A DNA stretch of 59,805 nucleotides, counting the filler. It is 4 parts of 4 records of this genome, joined end to end, with 100 filler letters (N's around TTAATTAATTAA, not from the genome) between each part and the next. Parts side by side here need not be neighbours in the genome. Positions count along the whole stretch, not along the records: positions 15,261 to 45,817 come from SRR31156797_5200; 3 more parts are not named here. The stretch is one strand, 5' to 3'. This document shows, piece after piece, positions 32,201 through 40,317 of the stretch. A program made the position numbers and the translations under genes. Each line of letters starts with the position of its first letter. Positions within the stretch are counted from its first letter, which is position 1. The notes under the pieces are model-generated. The model had not been told where the DNA came from. It saw only the letters and a program-made list of their open reading frames with translations, and ran no database searches.

Positions 32201-32745
32201 GCCTCAACACTTAAAGTTCCTTGATTAAAATAGATGTCATTATCTATGATATCTACTTCACTCGTAATTCTCCAGCCTCCATTATTTTCAAAAACTAAAT
32301 CACCATCAAATACGTTCCCGCCAAAATCAATTTCATTTCCAATTGTACTGGCTCTAAAATATAATGGACGATCCAAATTAAGAATCATCTTATTATTAAA
32401 AGTTACTCCTCCGTAAATGACAAGATAGTGAGCCTCGTTACTATCTGTAGTAAGCGTTGGCATATTTTTCACATCGCCCCAATGCATATTTGCACATCTG
32501 GCAACATTCGTAATTGTTACTGTTGCACCAGGATCTGGAAATGAATATTGATCGAAATATACATTGTCGTCTTTATCTGGCAACAAAGCACCTGAATTAA
32601 CCTTACCTCCAGGCTGATCACTCCAATGTTGAATATCATTGAAATTACCAGAGCCCCCGATCCAATAAAAATCGCGAGCCAATGTGCTAAAGCTAATAAT
32701 ATGTAATAATACTAATAAGAGTAAACTTGCTCCGTACCTTTTCAT
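23236..32745 (-). CDS. Giant (3169 aa) T9SS cell-surface protein: five N-terminal ~350-380-aa repeats, about 14 SprB-like repeats, type B CTD
   Basis: Signal peptide; repeated YW(I/T)G..W....(N/H)W...P...D.V.F; C.G...G...GGT..Y...W repeats; IPKAFTPNADGYNDYW...IYDRWG...GSYYY...GTVTILR. Confidence 0.92.
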   Translation of the reverse strand: MKRYGASLLLLVLLHIISFSTLARDFYWIGGSGNFNDIQHWSDQPGGKVNSGALLPDKDDNVYFDQYSFPDPGATVTITNVARCANMHWGDVKNMPTLTTDSNEAHYLVIYGGVTFNNKMILNLDRPLYFRASTIGNEIDFGGNVFDGDLVFENNGGWRITSEVDIIDNDIYFNQGTLSVEADMNCGRFISENSVSRELFLNSSNINLNKSGSSVISIQTGNLNITPGDSKISILSNNSSIETSGTKSIDFNDVVFEGNSGIVSTSALQASFNKLIFRQNGRLQGQNDFQELEFTQGFTYEIDSDGVQNVQDVFIAKGECYAYITINGANSGGFISAENVDLNYLKVKNISASGAAVNFNANNSYDLGGNTAWTFGDPSSADYTWTGATDNNWGTPSNWSDNCVPSRNNNAIIPLGSTVEIDIPAECKSLEIDDNATLGGSGILDIYGSLTATNSTWAYDGETCFKGTALGNTISINATMAGSMVVDGTGEWSLLTELNIDNILNINSGTFKANGNVISIDQFTSNSMLPRTFDITNTNVKINEGVTKAWSAEGSNFILVQTGSVITLTQSGAEFYNALPDGVKYGKVVFNPLDNLVFLTNGDDTSDPEFEELKFNGSANIVGNHQYSKLILSKGNEYTFEEGSVQKILVGDGFSAQGTCSENITLKGNGGIAFLQCDVNSTDIVRIRVENVNVTGGFAGVLEARESIGVTGYDGWVFPDDLMGGNVYWTGDVNDDWFEAGNWDVGCIPTRKDNVFFEDAKVTGSSIVNISTKGKIAECNDMTWKDATGMTFNGDQSLNVFGSFDITGMTDGQNNFSGEISFKSEEAEIIRTGVIQLSSDLKFEGNEQEDGSWDFGTWTLDADLITIGSIVLKYGNLVTANYNIETKEFLSNFGVDNVRSLDLGSSTVSLERMEVSAEAFTLNSGTSLIEFNVAGEFVISQGDEILNFNNITYNESDGNAYLDVFANDVSFNVMVFNGNTYFRKTNTSKIGFTAASIQMAVGKTYVFESGQTYILGDVIANGACEGTIDITGSDSDAAIFKAKTGVADIEVNSVNLLNINADPVDVFVAKTSLDLGNTTGWKFEDEPVGDDLYWIGGTGNWDDPNHWATFPTATVADGCVPTAKDNVYFTEYSFTDFDQIVYTGAGDIRCRTMDWTGSETARPNFEMGATDISGVYIYGSLILNSQVNIDLSPMVDFYFRATEAQNINTFGYIFPNNVEFDGKNGVWNMLSDFQTEGDLFIRHGKLVANGNLLECKSLTSTDTPEGINSRGLDITNSNVIINGSEDGSGRSVYINLADEFYDQGFELISDNSTVKLADNAELVLVGTGAHSISFNNLIFENDGELESGFSGLDVYASHLLFKGNGNINGKNNSFGTLELSRGFEFKFEKGKTITTDNLLVEGSCFAPIYIHSSKEGVGNETFIVSKNNVVGNFLELKDIHADVSSGVSYTATNSFKLGNVVGWNTDETIAPIALYWTGNGVDDSWHNHENWSRTADGSEEGCIPTLNDDVFFTENSFLGSKLVEITADARCHNMTWEDDIDPDANFSINSKLQIGGFMDLAESMTLDMQGVFEFIGDGILGDKIVDFAEKSMDGDIRFQGNGQSWIWKSGLITSGDLFIEAGSVSTQGHNFTVSKFSSLSLDDFDAVRKFDMSNSLVTVSSDEIAGWNMIMNTTGGLEFISTDSKITFINGGGIYCRTDGDVNFGFVDFFNNGVINITSSSDLEHGHFNSVRFLEQGKIFGKNSFSNLEFTLGYEDNIIESGKLITIEYDLKMEGVRCSYVFLKASTPGSPAFINKPSGIFEKIYNASLTDIQGTSGSGLNHLVKYKYDNIRSTGFEEYIDPSGEENPPSFEDSFDLPKEEWCSNVAVLDHVKGFPINNSTTFQWYYSIDGAADPYEVMDGETNAVIEVTENGFYKVEVIYGLTNEATPCIIESIIEVSLGEVSTVSLEITANNVKCFGENNGHVVAKVKSVQYPEYQFYWKDEDGVEPTNTTDKTEWQNTAINLAPGKYYVTVADGKNCEFDTIVNIFDAYKLLIDDIDTKDLSCFTVPEGEINISASGGTGDLSYYLDGEIQADENFTDLFSGDYKIFVQDENNCKTDEVEITLNSNPEIELSLNGMDLRCYGESNGEFSPTVIGGVPDYSYSWSGPDGFSSTDLNISGLSGGTYKLTVTDDSGCIAEEENDLSEPKELIAEELVIEPATCHGESTGELFVIGGQGTPNYRYLLDGVEDATGIFKGLAPENYELRIIDAHGCIYDQDIEITEPSEIRFQVADKVLPSCEKTEDGIIHITPFGGNEGYSFSWTGPNDYKSYDQNIENLVSGEYHLEITDKKNCSSSDVVDLDLGLTLQLGLVVEQHVKTAGTITGILALEILEGTTPYTFTISGPGISINSPDNFDDHYYLEGDLPAGVYTVIASDASGCATVEKSIIIEEPEGLFAYVEQVKPNGCTGGSDGELTVVVAGGTGTYTYSWTGPGGFSASTKDITGLVAGVYSVTVSDGGNIANANFEMLPADPIVANVASFNNVTCYQSADGMIELAIETGGVDYTIEWTSDNGFLSSAKRILDLEPGTYNYKVSTVSGCFVEGNQVITEPDPLSLSVNATDISIEGERDGTLTANFGNGTAPYTVLVSGPKGYSFSEIGNTSGTLTVAGLEMGVYEVAVIDDNGCRIEGTKKVHEPTKLLLYTTSVVHVVCPGENTGSITIGVEGASDPANLTFTWKSDNYFRSNDQDISNLLAGQYELTLYDSGGEPGYEEQKLIVTIDEPDLLKIEYNLVNISCPGMNDGYINIQPQGGTPGYTCVWTGTGVVATDEDQKNLAPGIYSVEITDYNGCVSKPQDIEIVEPPALNVSVEDFKEPTCYGYENGWIHLKIENGTAPYLVEWDNYGSITQNIEELENGLYNFTVTDDNGCSVSDNFTLNEPDTLIAEINDYTDVLCHGDGTGRAYVDITGGTPDYTIIWSDSQDTQEATDLKLGVYEVSVTDTQGCTDVSSIEIFEPEPLAMEVEVIRPTTFDSMDGGLNIDVTGGVPDYMLDWVDQDLNSYTGADINDLERGTYQLTITDQNNCQIDSTIVLEYLFERRVRIPKAFTPNADGYNDYWDIERIEFIQDLKIVIYDRWGKAVYKFSGTGNEYRGEPWKGADGTKKLPIGSYYYAVELDDEKPIMGTVTILR

Positions 32746-32826
32746 AACAAACAGTTTTCTAATCAGTCAAATTTCCCAACAGCTTAGATAAAAACAATAT
32801 TTCTATCAATAAAAGAACTTCTTGTT

Positions 32827-32854
32827 TTGACGAGAGAAAAATAAATAAGTTTCA
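32827..32854 (-). promoter_or_regulatory. Putative ECF sigma factor promoter of the giant adhesin
   Basis: Minus strand TGAAAC-N16-CGTCAA, about 80 nt upstream of the ATG. Confidence 0.6.
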
Positions 32855-33068
32855 AATTTGGGGAAAAATTTCAACATATTAATTATTACCCCAATTTTAT
32901 TTCAATACATTTTGAACTAATTTCTCTCAAGTTATGAATACTTTTTGTTTTAGAATATTTAAACAAGAGGTAATTTATCCCAAATCAGTTATTTAGAAAA
33001 ATAAAACCCTAATCGAATAAAAATCCAATCAGGGTCCATACAAACAATACTCTTAAAACACCTTACAT

Positions 33069-34328
33069 CTAGAAGATTTCCAACACCTTAACATCTTCCC
33101 ATTTTAAAAAATAAAATTCTTCCGAGCCTGTAAAAATCAAAATACCTAAATTCTTACCAGATACATCTGTCTTATCGCCTAAAAATAAATTTTCTCCGTT
33201 CTTAAGTTCAACTAGACAATAATTATAAGATTTTGGTTCTATTTTTTTAATATTTCGAAATGGAATGGAAAAATCAAGTTTGTCGTTTAAACCATTTAAT
33301 ATTTCGGAATCCATAGCCTCATCCAAATCATAAACAATTACTCCTTCATACGTTTTGTCATTGTGAGTAGTGATTTTTCCATACAAACGATCAGAATCTT
33401 TAAACTCGGAAAAACAAGTAACTACATTTTGAGGTATTGGTATCAATTCAAGAGACAAAAAATGATCCCATGTAAAATCGATTCGTCCGACTTCCGGTAT
33501 GGTAACTATAATCCCTCGGTTATTGCGGGTAACATCATTCGATGATTTTAGATCAAGTTGACGACCTGATGGTAGAGTAATTCGGCTACCTCTTTCTATT
33601 TTTTGGATCTTACTAATTTTGCTAAAAGGAATACTAATATCTCCATCTCTACTCCAACCATCCAATTTATCCCTTAACAATCTTTCATCGTGATCCCATT
33701 GTATGAATCCTTCAAACTCACCAATAGTACTAGTTATTTTTCCATAAATTGGCTCTCCAAAATTTTCTACTGGTTTTATGCTTGGTCTGAAAAAATTTAC
33801 CACATCAATTCTGTTCCAATCAATTTTCATCAAGCCCAGCTCATTATCAAGAACCCAAACCTTATTTCCCAAATCATTTGATCCCCCAGATAAATTGATA
33901 AACTTTCCAGTTTTTAACTCCAAATTGACAGATTTTTCTCCCGTAACAGAAATGGAAGCAATATCACCAAAGCGACACTCAAACTTCCTAATGTATTTAG
34001 CGTATTGGACATCTCTATAATTTCCTCTGGACACCTCAAAACCGTATCGAGATTTCCTTTTTCCTGCATATTTATCGTCTCTAATCTCCTTATCCAAATA
34101 CTTTAAATAAGGATTCTCTATTTTTTCTGAATTAAAAACATCAGTGAGAAATACCTCTTCATCGTTCCAGCGAATAGGCCCTTCATAAACATCTCCATCT
34201 ACCGTAGTTATCGATCCATATAGATAACAATTATACGATTGAGCATTAAGATTTAATCCGCCAAATTGAAAGTTAATTACTAGAAAAAAGAATACTACAG
34301 CCTTAGATAAATATTTCATGCTTGCCAC
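33069..34328 (-). CDS. Secreted hypothetical protein with three internal repeats
   Basis: Signal peptide; LYGSITTVDGDVYEGPIRW / IYGKITSTIGEFEGFIQW / LYGKITTHNDKTYEGVIVY. Confidence 0.8.
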   Translation of the reverse strand: MASMKYLSKAVVFFFLVINFQFGGLNLNAQSYNCYLYGSITTVDGDVYEGPIRWNDEEVFLTDVFNSEKIENPYLKYLDKEIRDDKYAGKRKSRYGFEVSRGNYRDVQYAKYIRKFECRFGDIASISVTGEKSVNLELKTGKFINLSGGSNDLGNKVWVLDNELGLMKIDWNRIDVVNFFRPSIKPVENFGEPIYGKITSTIGEFEGFIQWDHDERLLRDKLDGWSRDGDISIPFSKISKIQKIERGSRITLPSGRQLDLKSSNDVTRNNRGIIVTIPEVGRIDFTWDHFLSLELIPIPQNVVTCFSEFKDSDRLYGKITTHNDKTYEGVIVYDLDEAMDSEILNGLNDKLDFSIPFRNIKKIEPKSYNYCLVELKNGENLFLGDKTDVSGKNLGILIFTGSEEFYFLKWEDVKVLEIF

Positions 34329-34350
34329 TTTTTAATTTTGTTTCGTTGGT

Positions 34351-34378
34351 AAGACGCACAAAATACACTAAAGTTACA
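34351..34378 (-). promoter_or_regulatory. Putative ECF sigma factor promoter
   Basis: Minus strand TGTAAC-N16-CGTCTT just upstream of 33069-34328. Confidence 0.6.
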
Positions 34379-34401
34379 GCAGCAAACAAGAAATTTTAAG
34401 C

Positions 34402-34692
34402 TTACTTTTTTCGGAATAAAACCTGGATATATTTCGAACTTTCGGTAGGTGTGAAAATTTGAATCAGTTCCCAATCAGAATCATAATCCGCAATAAGTTG
34501 TTTCAGCTTATAAATTTTCAAAAGATTCTCCGTTATTTGATCATCATTTTCGGCTTTCATTTCATCCGTAACATCCCAGGAAAAAGATTCTAGGCGATAC
34601 TGTACATTGATTTTTTTGTCTTTAAATTTCACCTCAACTTCTGCCACCTGATTATCATCAGTAAATGGAATTGGCACACAAATTTCTCTCAT
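34402..34692 (-). CDS. Hypothetical protein (96 aa)
   Basis: Clean ORF in the same orientation directly after the ABC permease; no recognised motif. Confidence 0.7.
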   Translation of the reverse strand: MREICVPIPFTDDNQVAEVEVKFKDKKINVQYRLESFSWDVTDEMKAENDDQITENLLKIYKLKQLIADYDSDWELIQIFTPTESSKYIQVLFRKK

Positions 34693-34722
34693 AAGTTAAA
34701 AGTTTAGATTATGGGTTAATTA

Positions 34723-37161
34723 TTATTCATACTTAATGGCTTTTACAGGATCAGAAGAGGCAGCTCTATACGATTGCCATGACACCGTAAACAAACCAAT
34801 AAATAAAGAGGTTAGAACTGTTATTATAAAAATCCACCAGGAAACTTCAATGCGATACGAAAAATCATTTAACCACATATTCATCGCCCAATAAACAACA
34901 GGTACTGCAATAATGTTAGCAATTAAAATTAATCGCATGAATTCTCGGGTAAGCAGATAAACCAAGGTTCCAATAGATGCCCCTAGCACTTTACGAACAC
35001 CTAATTCTTTGGTTCTTTGTTCTGCCATAAAAGACGACAAGCCAAATAGTCCAAGAGATGCAATCAAAATACTTATCAGAGAAAAAATTGAAAATATCCA
35101 ACTCAGTCGTTCTTCCGAATCGTAGGTATCTTTCATTCTATCATCCAGAAAAAAATAGTTAAATGACATATTTGGACAGAATTCATTCCAAATTCTCTCA
35201 ACATACTCCACCGTTTCTTCTCTATTATCAGAATTGATTTTAACATGCAATACGCCTCGGGTCCGCGGATCTTCACTCACTAAAAAGTTAATAGGCTCAA
35301 TCATTTCACGCAAAGGTTGGTAGTGAAAATCAGCCATAACTCCAATAACTTCACCTAAACGTATTCCATCATCGTCGTCGGTTCCTTCTATTTCAACTCC
35401 AAATTGCAATTTCTTACCTAAAGCTTCCTCATTCCAATTAAATTTTATGGCTGCCGCCTGATTGATTATAAATGCTGAACTTGTATCCGATGCAAATTTT
35501 CTATCGAACTTTCGTCCCTGCAAAATTTTCATCTCCATTAAATCAAAGTAGTCAAAATCAATCACATTAAAATTCAAAGCATACTGCTCCATTCCCTCTT
35601 TTCCCTCGAACATATGTACTGTTTTAGAACCTCCAAAGCCAATTAATGAGCTTGAAGTTGCAACAGCTTTAACATTTGGATTTTTCTTCAATTCATCTTT
35701 TAAAGGATCAATCTGCGTTCGTAAAACTGAATCTCTTACTACAGACACTAAGATATCCTCCTTACTGAATCCCATGTCTTTATTATTCATGTAATTCAGC
35801 TGCAGTCCAACAATAATGGTTCCGCTAATCATTATTGCCGACACCGTAAATTGAGATATGACTAACAGCTTTCTTAATATTCCACCTGATTTGCCACGAT
35901 TTGTTGATCCTTTAAGAATAACAGCAGGATGAAATGACGACAAATAAAATGCGGGATAACTACCAGATACAATACCTAACACTATTGCAATTCCTACACA
36001 GAAAAATATAATTTCAGGAGTTTCAGCAAATGTCAACACCAACTCCTTATCAACAAGACTACTGAACATTGGAAGGATGAGTTCTACAACAATTAAGGCA
36101 ATAGCTAATGCCAAAATTGTTAGAGACAAACTTTCCATTATAAATTGTCTTATTAAAGTTTCCCGATATGCACCTACAACTTTACGAATACCAACTTCTC
36201 TCGCTCTTTTGGTAGATCTGGCTGTAGCCATATTCATATAGTTAATTCCTGCAATGGAAAGAATAAAAAAGGCTATGGCAGATAATATATATATATACTT
36301 TATATTACCTGTTGGTGCATCCCATTGCAATTCGGATTTTAAATGAATATCAGCTAAGTTTTGAATGACCAATTTGTAGGTAACTCCCAATTGATCGCCC
36401 AATGTTTTCATATACTTTTCGTAGTAGGTTGGAAACTTCTCCATAATAGCACTACTGCTAGCATTCTCTTTTAACAACAAAAAAGTGTAATTGCTAAAAC
36501 TCCAAAATCGTATGGGCTCAATACTATTAAAATCTTCTGCTCCTCTTATGCTTTCCAATGTTTTCATGGAGTAAAATCCATTAAACTTGAAATGACTATT
36601 AGAAGGAATGTCTTTCATTACACCCTTAACAGTAAAAGGTCTGTTTTCACCAACAAGTAAAATTTTACCGACAGGCTCCCCATCTCCAAAGTACTTTTTA
36701 GCTAGTGTTTCATTCAGAACAATAGTGTTTGGCTCGGTCAGTGCCTTTTCAGGATCCCCCTTAATTAGCTCGTAACTAAAAACCTTAAATACACTCGAAT
36801 CAACGTATGCGATCCTTTCTTCATAAAACTCCTTATCTCCATACTTAAACTGCTGACGACCAGAACCCTGAATTCGAACAAACTCTTCAACTTCGGGAAA
36901 TTCCTGCTTAAATGTAGGTCCAAATGGCATAGCAGAAGTAGCAACAAGATCGCGCTTACCATTTATAGTAAAATCTGATGATAATCGAATTATTCTTTCA
37001 TGATTAACATTGTATTTATCGTATGAAAGCTCATCCTGGACAAACAGCACAATCAATATTGCACAAATCAATCCAACTGATAAACCAATGATATTTAAAG
37101 TCGTGTAAAACTTGTTTCGGATAAAATTCCGAAGTATCGTGATTAAAAAATTCTTTAACAT
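34723..37161 (-). CDS. ABC transporter permease, MacB/FtsX-like (duplicated architecture)
   Basis: LNIIGLSVG, INYMNMATARSTKRAREVGIRKVVGA, GSYPAFYLS, QRTKELGVRKVLGAS, DPVKAIKYE. Confidence 0.93.
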   Translation of the reverse strand: MLKNFLITILRNFIRNKFYTTLNIIGLSVGLICAILIVLFVQDELSYDKYNVNHERIIRLSSDFTINGKRDLVATSAMPFGPTFKQEFPEVEEFVRIQGSGRQQFKYGDKEFYEERIAYVDSSVFKVFSYELIKGDPEKALTEPNTIVLNETLAKKYFGDGEPVGKILLVGENRPFTVKGVMKDIPSNSHFKFNGFYSMKTLESIRGAEDFNSIEPIRFWSFSNYTFLLLKENASSSAIMEKFPTYYEKYMKTLGDQLGVTYKLVIQNLADIHLKSELQWDAPTGNIKYIYILSAIAFFILSIAGINYMNMATARSTKRAREVGIRKVVGAYRETLIRQFIMESLSLTILALAIALIVVELILPMFSSLVDKELVLTFAETPEIIFFCVGIAIVLGIVSGSYPAFYLSSFHPAVILKGSTNRGKSGGILRKLLVISQFTVSAIMISGTIIVGLQLNYMNNKDMGFSKEDILVSVVRDSVLRTQIDPLKDELKKNPNVKAVATSSSLIGFGGSKTVHMFEGKEGMEQYALNFNVIDFDYFDLMEMKILQGRKFDRKFASDTSSAFIINQAAAIKFNWNEEALGKKLQFGVEIEGTDDDDGIRLGEVIGVMADFHYQPLREMIEPINFLVSEDPRTRGVLHVKINSDNREETVEYVERIWNEFCPNMSFNYFFLDDRMKDTYDSEERLSWIFSIFSLISILIASLGLFGLSSFMAEQRTKELGVRKVLGASIGTLVYLLTREFMRLILIANIIAVPVVYWAMNMWLNDFSYRIEVSWWIFIITVLTSLFIGLFTVSWQSYRAASSDPVKAIKYE

Positions 37162-37260
37162 AGACGTTCTTTTCAGTAAAAAAATGAAGATAATCGTTCT
37201 ATTTATTTAGCTGTTTTTCAACAAGTAAACCATTACTACAAACAGTTACTAACTGAACTC

Positions 37261-37944
37261 TTATAGCTTCTGCCTCATATTCTCAGTCACAACATGACCA
37301 TCGAACAATTGAATAATTCTATGACTTCTGTCTGCATCAGATGGTGAGTGAGTTACCATTACAATGGTTGTTCCTTCTTCGTTTAACTGAGTTAAAAGAT
37401 TCATTACCTCTTCTCCATTTGCCGAATCCAAATTACCAGTAGGCTCGTCAGCTAAAATCAATTTAGGATTTGAAATAACAGCTCTTGCTATGGCAACTCT
37501 TTGCTGCTGACCACCAGATAACTGCTGAGGGAAATGTTTCGCCCTATGAGCAATGCTCATACGCTCGAGTGCTTCATTCACTCTTCTTTTTCGTTCCGAA
37601 GAAGAAACTTTCATATACAATAAAGGAAGTTCCACATTTTCAAAAACTGTTAATTCATCAATCAGATTAAAGCTTTGAAATACAAATCCAATGTTCTCTT
37701 TTCGCAGATTAGTTCTTTGCCTTTCGGTATAATCTTCAACCTGAAAACCATTAAAATGCAACTCTCCATTGCTTGGATTATCTAACAAGCCAATAATATT
37801 CAGTAAAGTTGATTTACCACATCCGGATGGTCCCATAATAGCAACAAATTCACCTTTATTAATATCTAAATTAACATTATTAAGAGCAGTTGTTTCTACT
37901 TCATCGGTGCGGAAAACCTTAATTAAGTTCTTAGTTTTAATCAT
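37261..37944 (-). CDS. ABC transporter ATP-binding protein (LolD/MacB type)
   Basis: GPSGCGKST, LSGGQQQRV, ILADEPTGNLD, VTH. Confidence 0.96.
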   Translation of the reverse strand: MIKTKNLIKVFRTDEVETTALNNVNLDINKGEFVAIMGPSGCGKSTLLNIIGLLDNPSNGELHFNGFQVEDYTERQRTNLRKENIGFVFQSFNLIDELTVFENVELPLLYMKVSSSERKRRVNEALERMSIAHRAKHFPQQLSGGQQQRVAIARAVISNPKLILADEPTGNLDSANGEEVMNLLTQLNEEGTTIVMVTHSPSDADRSHRIIQLFDGHVVTENMRQKL

Positions 37945-37964
37945 AGCCTTATTTTTAGTATTAT

Positions 37965-40313
37965 TTATTCATATTTTAATATGTTAGCAGGAGCACTAGT
38001 ACTTAAGCTTGCAATTTGTCTATATCCTGTTAAAAAGGTGATCAGGATGGAAATAAAACCAGCTAATATAAAAATGCTAATTCCTATATCAATTCTATAA
38101 GCAAACCCATTTAACCACCATTCCATTACAAAAAATGCCAGCACCCATGCAATTGCATTAGATAGCATTATCCATTTTAAAAACTCCCTGAACATTACCT
38201 GAAAAATATTTTCGAGATTGGCTCCAAATACTTTTCGAACTGCCATTTCTTTCGCTTTGCGTTCGGTAACAAAGGACACCAATCCAAATAATCCCAAACA
38301 AGAAATGATAAAAGCAATAATGGTAAAGGATGCAAATAACTTTCCCATACGTGATTCTGCCTGATAAAAGTAGCTGAAATCATCTTCAAGGAAACGATAA
38401 TTGAAAGGCACATCCGGTACCTTTTTCAACCATGTTTTTCTTATCTGATTTAAAATTGGCTGCTTATCATCTCCAATACGGATTCCTATATATTTAAAAG
38501 CACTCGGCTTTCTCATCATTATTAATGGATCAACTCCAACTTGCAAACTGTTAAAATTAAAATCTTTCACAATTCCAATAACCTCTCCCTTATTTCCCCA
38601 CAAACTAATTTCTTCACCAATTGTGTAGGTCATATTCATTTTATCGGCAGCCGATTCATTAATTATAAAAGTAGAACTGTCAGGTTCAAATTCCTTAGAA
38701 AAGCCTCTTCCCTGAATGACATCCATTTCGAATGTTTCAATAAAATCAAAATCGACAAATGAGAGCAAAAAGAGAACATCCTCAGAATCTTCCGATTTTC
38801 CTGACCAGCTAACATCCCAAGTAGAATTTCTAAAATTAATAGGCATTTGATTGGCTGATGTAACCCATTCAACTCCCGGAATTTTCACCAGTTCCTCCTT
38901 TAAATCAGAATAATAATCGTAAAACCGATCAACCATTTCAACATATACAATATTATCTTTGTTGTATCCAATATCCGATTTCTGAAGAAAATTCAACTGT
39001 TTATATACAACACAAGTACAAATAAACAATGCAATTGACATGGTGAATTGAATCACCACAAGTATTTTACGTAATGTTGCAGAATCATGTCTTGCCTCTC
39101 CTCTAATAACCTGAATGGGTACAAATGAAGACAAAAATAAAGCTGGATAGCTACCAGACACAATTCCTGTTAAACCAACAATAACTACAACTACAATTAG
39201 AAATTTAAAATTACCTGGGTTTAGTGAAAGCGTACGGTTGGTAATATCACTAAATGTAGGTAGTAATAATTCGACCAAAACAATTCCAATACCTAAAGCA
39301 ATAGTTGTAAATACTACCGATTCACTTAAAAATAAACCTACTAATCCTCTTCGTTGTGCCCCCACAACCTTTCGCATTGCAACCTCTCGCGCTCTTCTTT
39401 CCGATCTGGCCGTAGCCAAATTCATATAATTAAAACAGGCAATTAGTAATATCAAAATTGCGACCAGCACAAATACTTGCACATACCATATGGGACCTGC
39501 CCGATTAGGGTTTATAGAATACAAGTGATACTTCTTAAATTCCTGCAAATCCAGATCAACATTTGAAGAAGGCACTTTTAACCTTACGTAATTCTTTAGT
39601 TGATTTCCCAATAACTTACCATTGGCACCTTTTTTAAGTTTTATAAAAGTATGAAAGGTATTTGCCTCCCAATCACTTAAATCAAACTCCCACAAATCTC
39701 TAAAGAAACTAAATGGGAGAAAAAAATCGAATGTGATCGACGAATTCGACGGTACGTTATCAACAATTGCACTTACCTGAAAGCGATATTTTGAGTTGAT
39801 CTCAACAGTTAATCCAATTGGGTCAATATCCCCAAAAAGTCTATTCGACATTCGTTTGGTTAGAACAATTGAAGTGTCGCCACTCAATGGATTGTTCTTA
39901 TCACCAGCAAGTATTGGAAATGAAAAAATCTTGAAAAAATCCGGATCGACAACCTTTCCTCCATTCTCGATAAAACTATTTCCATTTGCCGATAATGCCA
40001 ACTGCCCCCATGTGCTAACCAATCTGGAAGAATATTCAACTTGAGGATAATCGTTCTTTATTGATTCAGCAAGAGGACCAGGTGTAGAATAAACCGAAAA
40101 AATTTCACCATCAGCATAATTTTGATGCTCAATTACCGTGTAAATTTGATCAATATCTTCATGAAAATCATCGAAACTGATCTCATAATCTACCCAAATC
40201 AGAATTAGAAGCGTACAAGTTACACCTACTGCTAAACCAACAATATTAATTGCTGAATAGGCTTTTTGCTTGTAAAGACTTCTAAAAACTGTATTGAGTA
40301 GAATTTTTATCAT
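37965..40313 (-). CDS. ABC transporter permease, MacB/FtsX-like (second paralog)
   Basis: INIVGLAVG, NYMNLATARSERRAREVAMRKVVGA, GSYPALFLS, PANILKYE. Confidence 0.93.
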   Translation of the reverse strand: MIKILLNTVFRSLYKQKAYSAINIVGLAVGVTCTLLILIWVDYEISFDDFHEDIDQIYTVIEHQNYADGEIFSVYSTPGPLAESIKNDYPQVEYSSRLVSTWGQLALSANGNSFIENGGKVVDPDFFKIFSFPILAGDKNNPLSGDTSIVLTKRMSNRLFGDIDPIGLTVEINSKYRFQVSAIVDNVPSNSSITFDFFLPFSFFRDLWEFDLSDWEANTFHTFIKLKKGANGKLLGNQLKNYVRLKVPSSNVDLDLQEFKKYHLYSINPNRAGPIWYVQVFVLVAILILLIACFNYMNLATARSERRAREVAMRKVVGAQRRGLVGLFLSESVVFTTIALGIGIVLVELLLPTFSDITNRTLSLNPGNFKFLIVVVVIVGLTGIVSGSYPALFLSSFVPIQVIRGEARHDSATLRKILVVIQFTMSIALFICTCVVYKQLNFLQKSDIGYNKDNIVYVEMVDRFYDYYSDLKEELVKIPGVEWVTSANQMPINFRNSTWDVSWSGKSEDSEDVLFLLSFVDFDFIETFEMDVIQGRGFSKEFEPDSSTFIINESAADKMNMTYTIGEEISLWGNKGEVIGIVKDFNFNSLQVGVDPLIMMRKPSAFKYIGIRIGDDKQPILNQIRKTWLKKVPDVPFNYRFLEDDFSYFYQAESRMGKLFASFTIIAFIISCLGLFGLVSFVTERKAKEMAVRKVFGANLENIFQVMFREFLKWIMLSNAIAWVLAFFVMEWWLNGFAYRIDIGISIFILAGFISILITFLTGYRQIASLSTSAPANILKYE

Positions 40314-40317
40314 GCAT

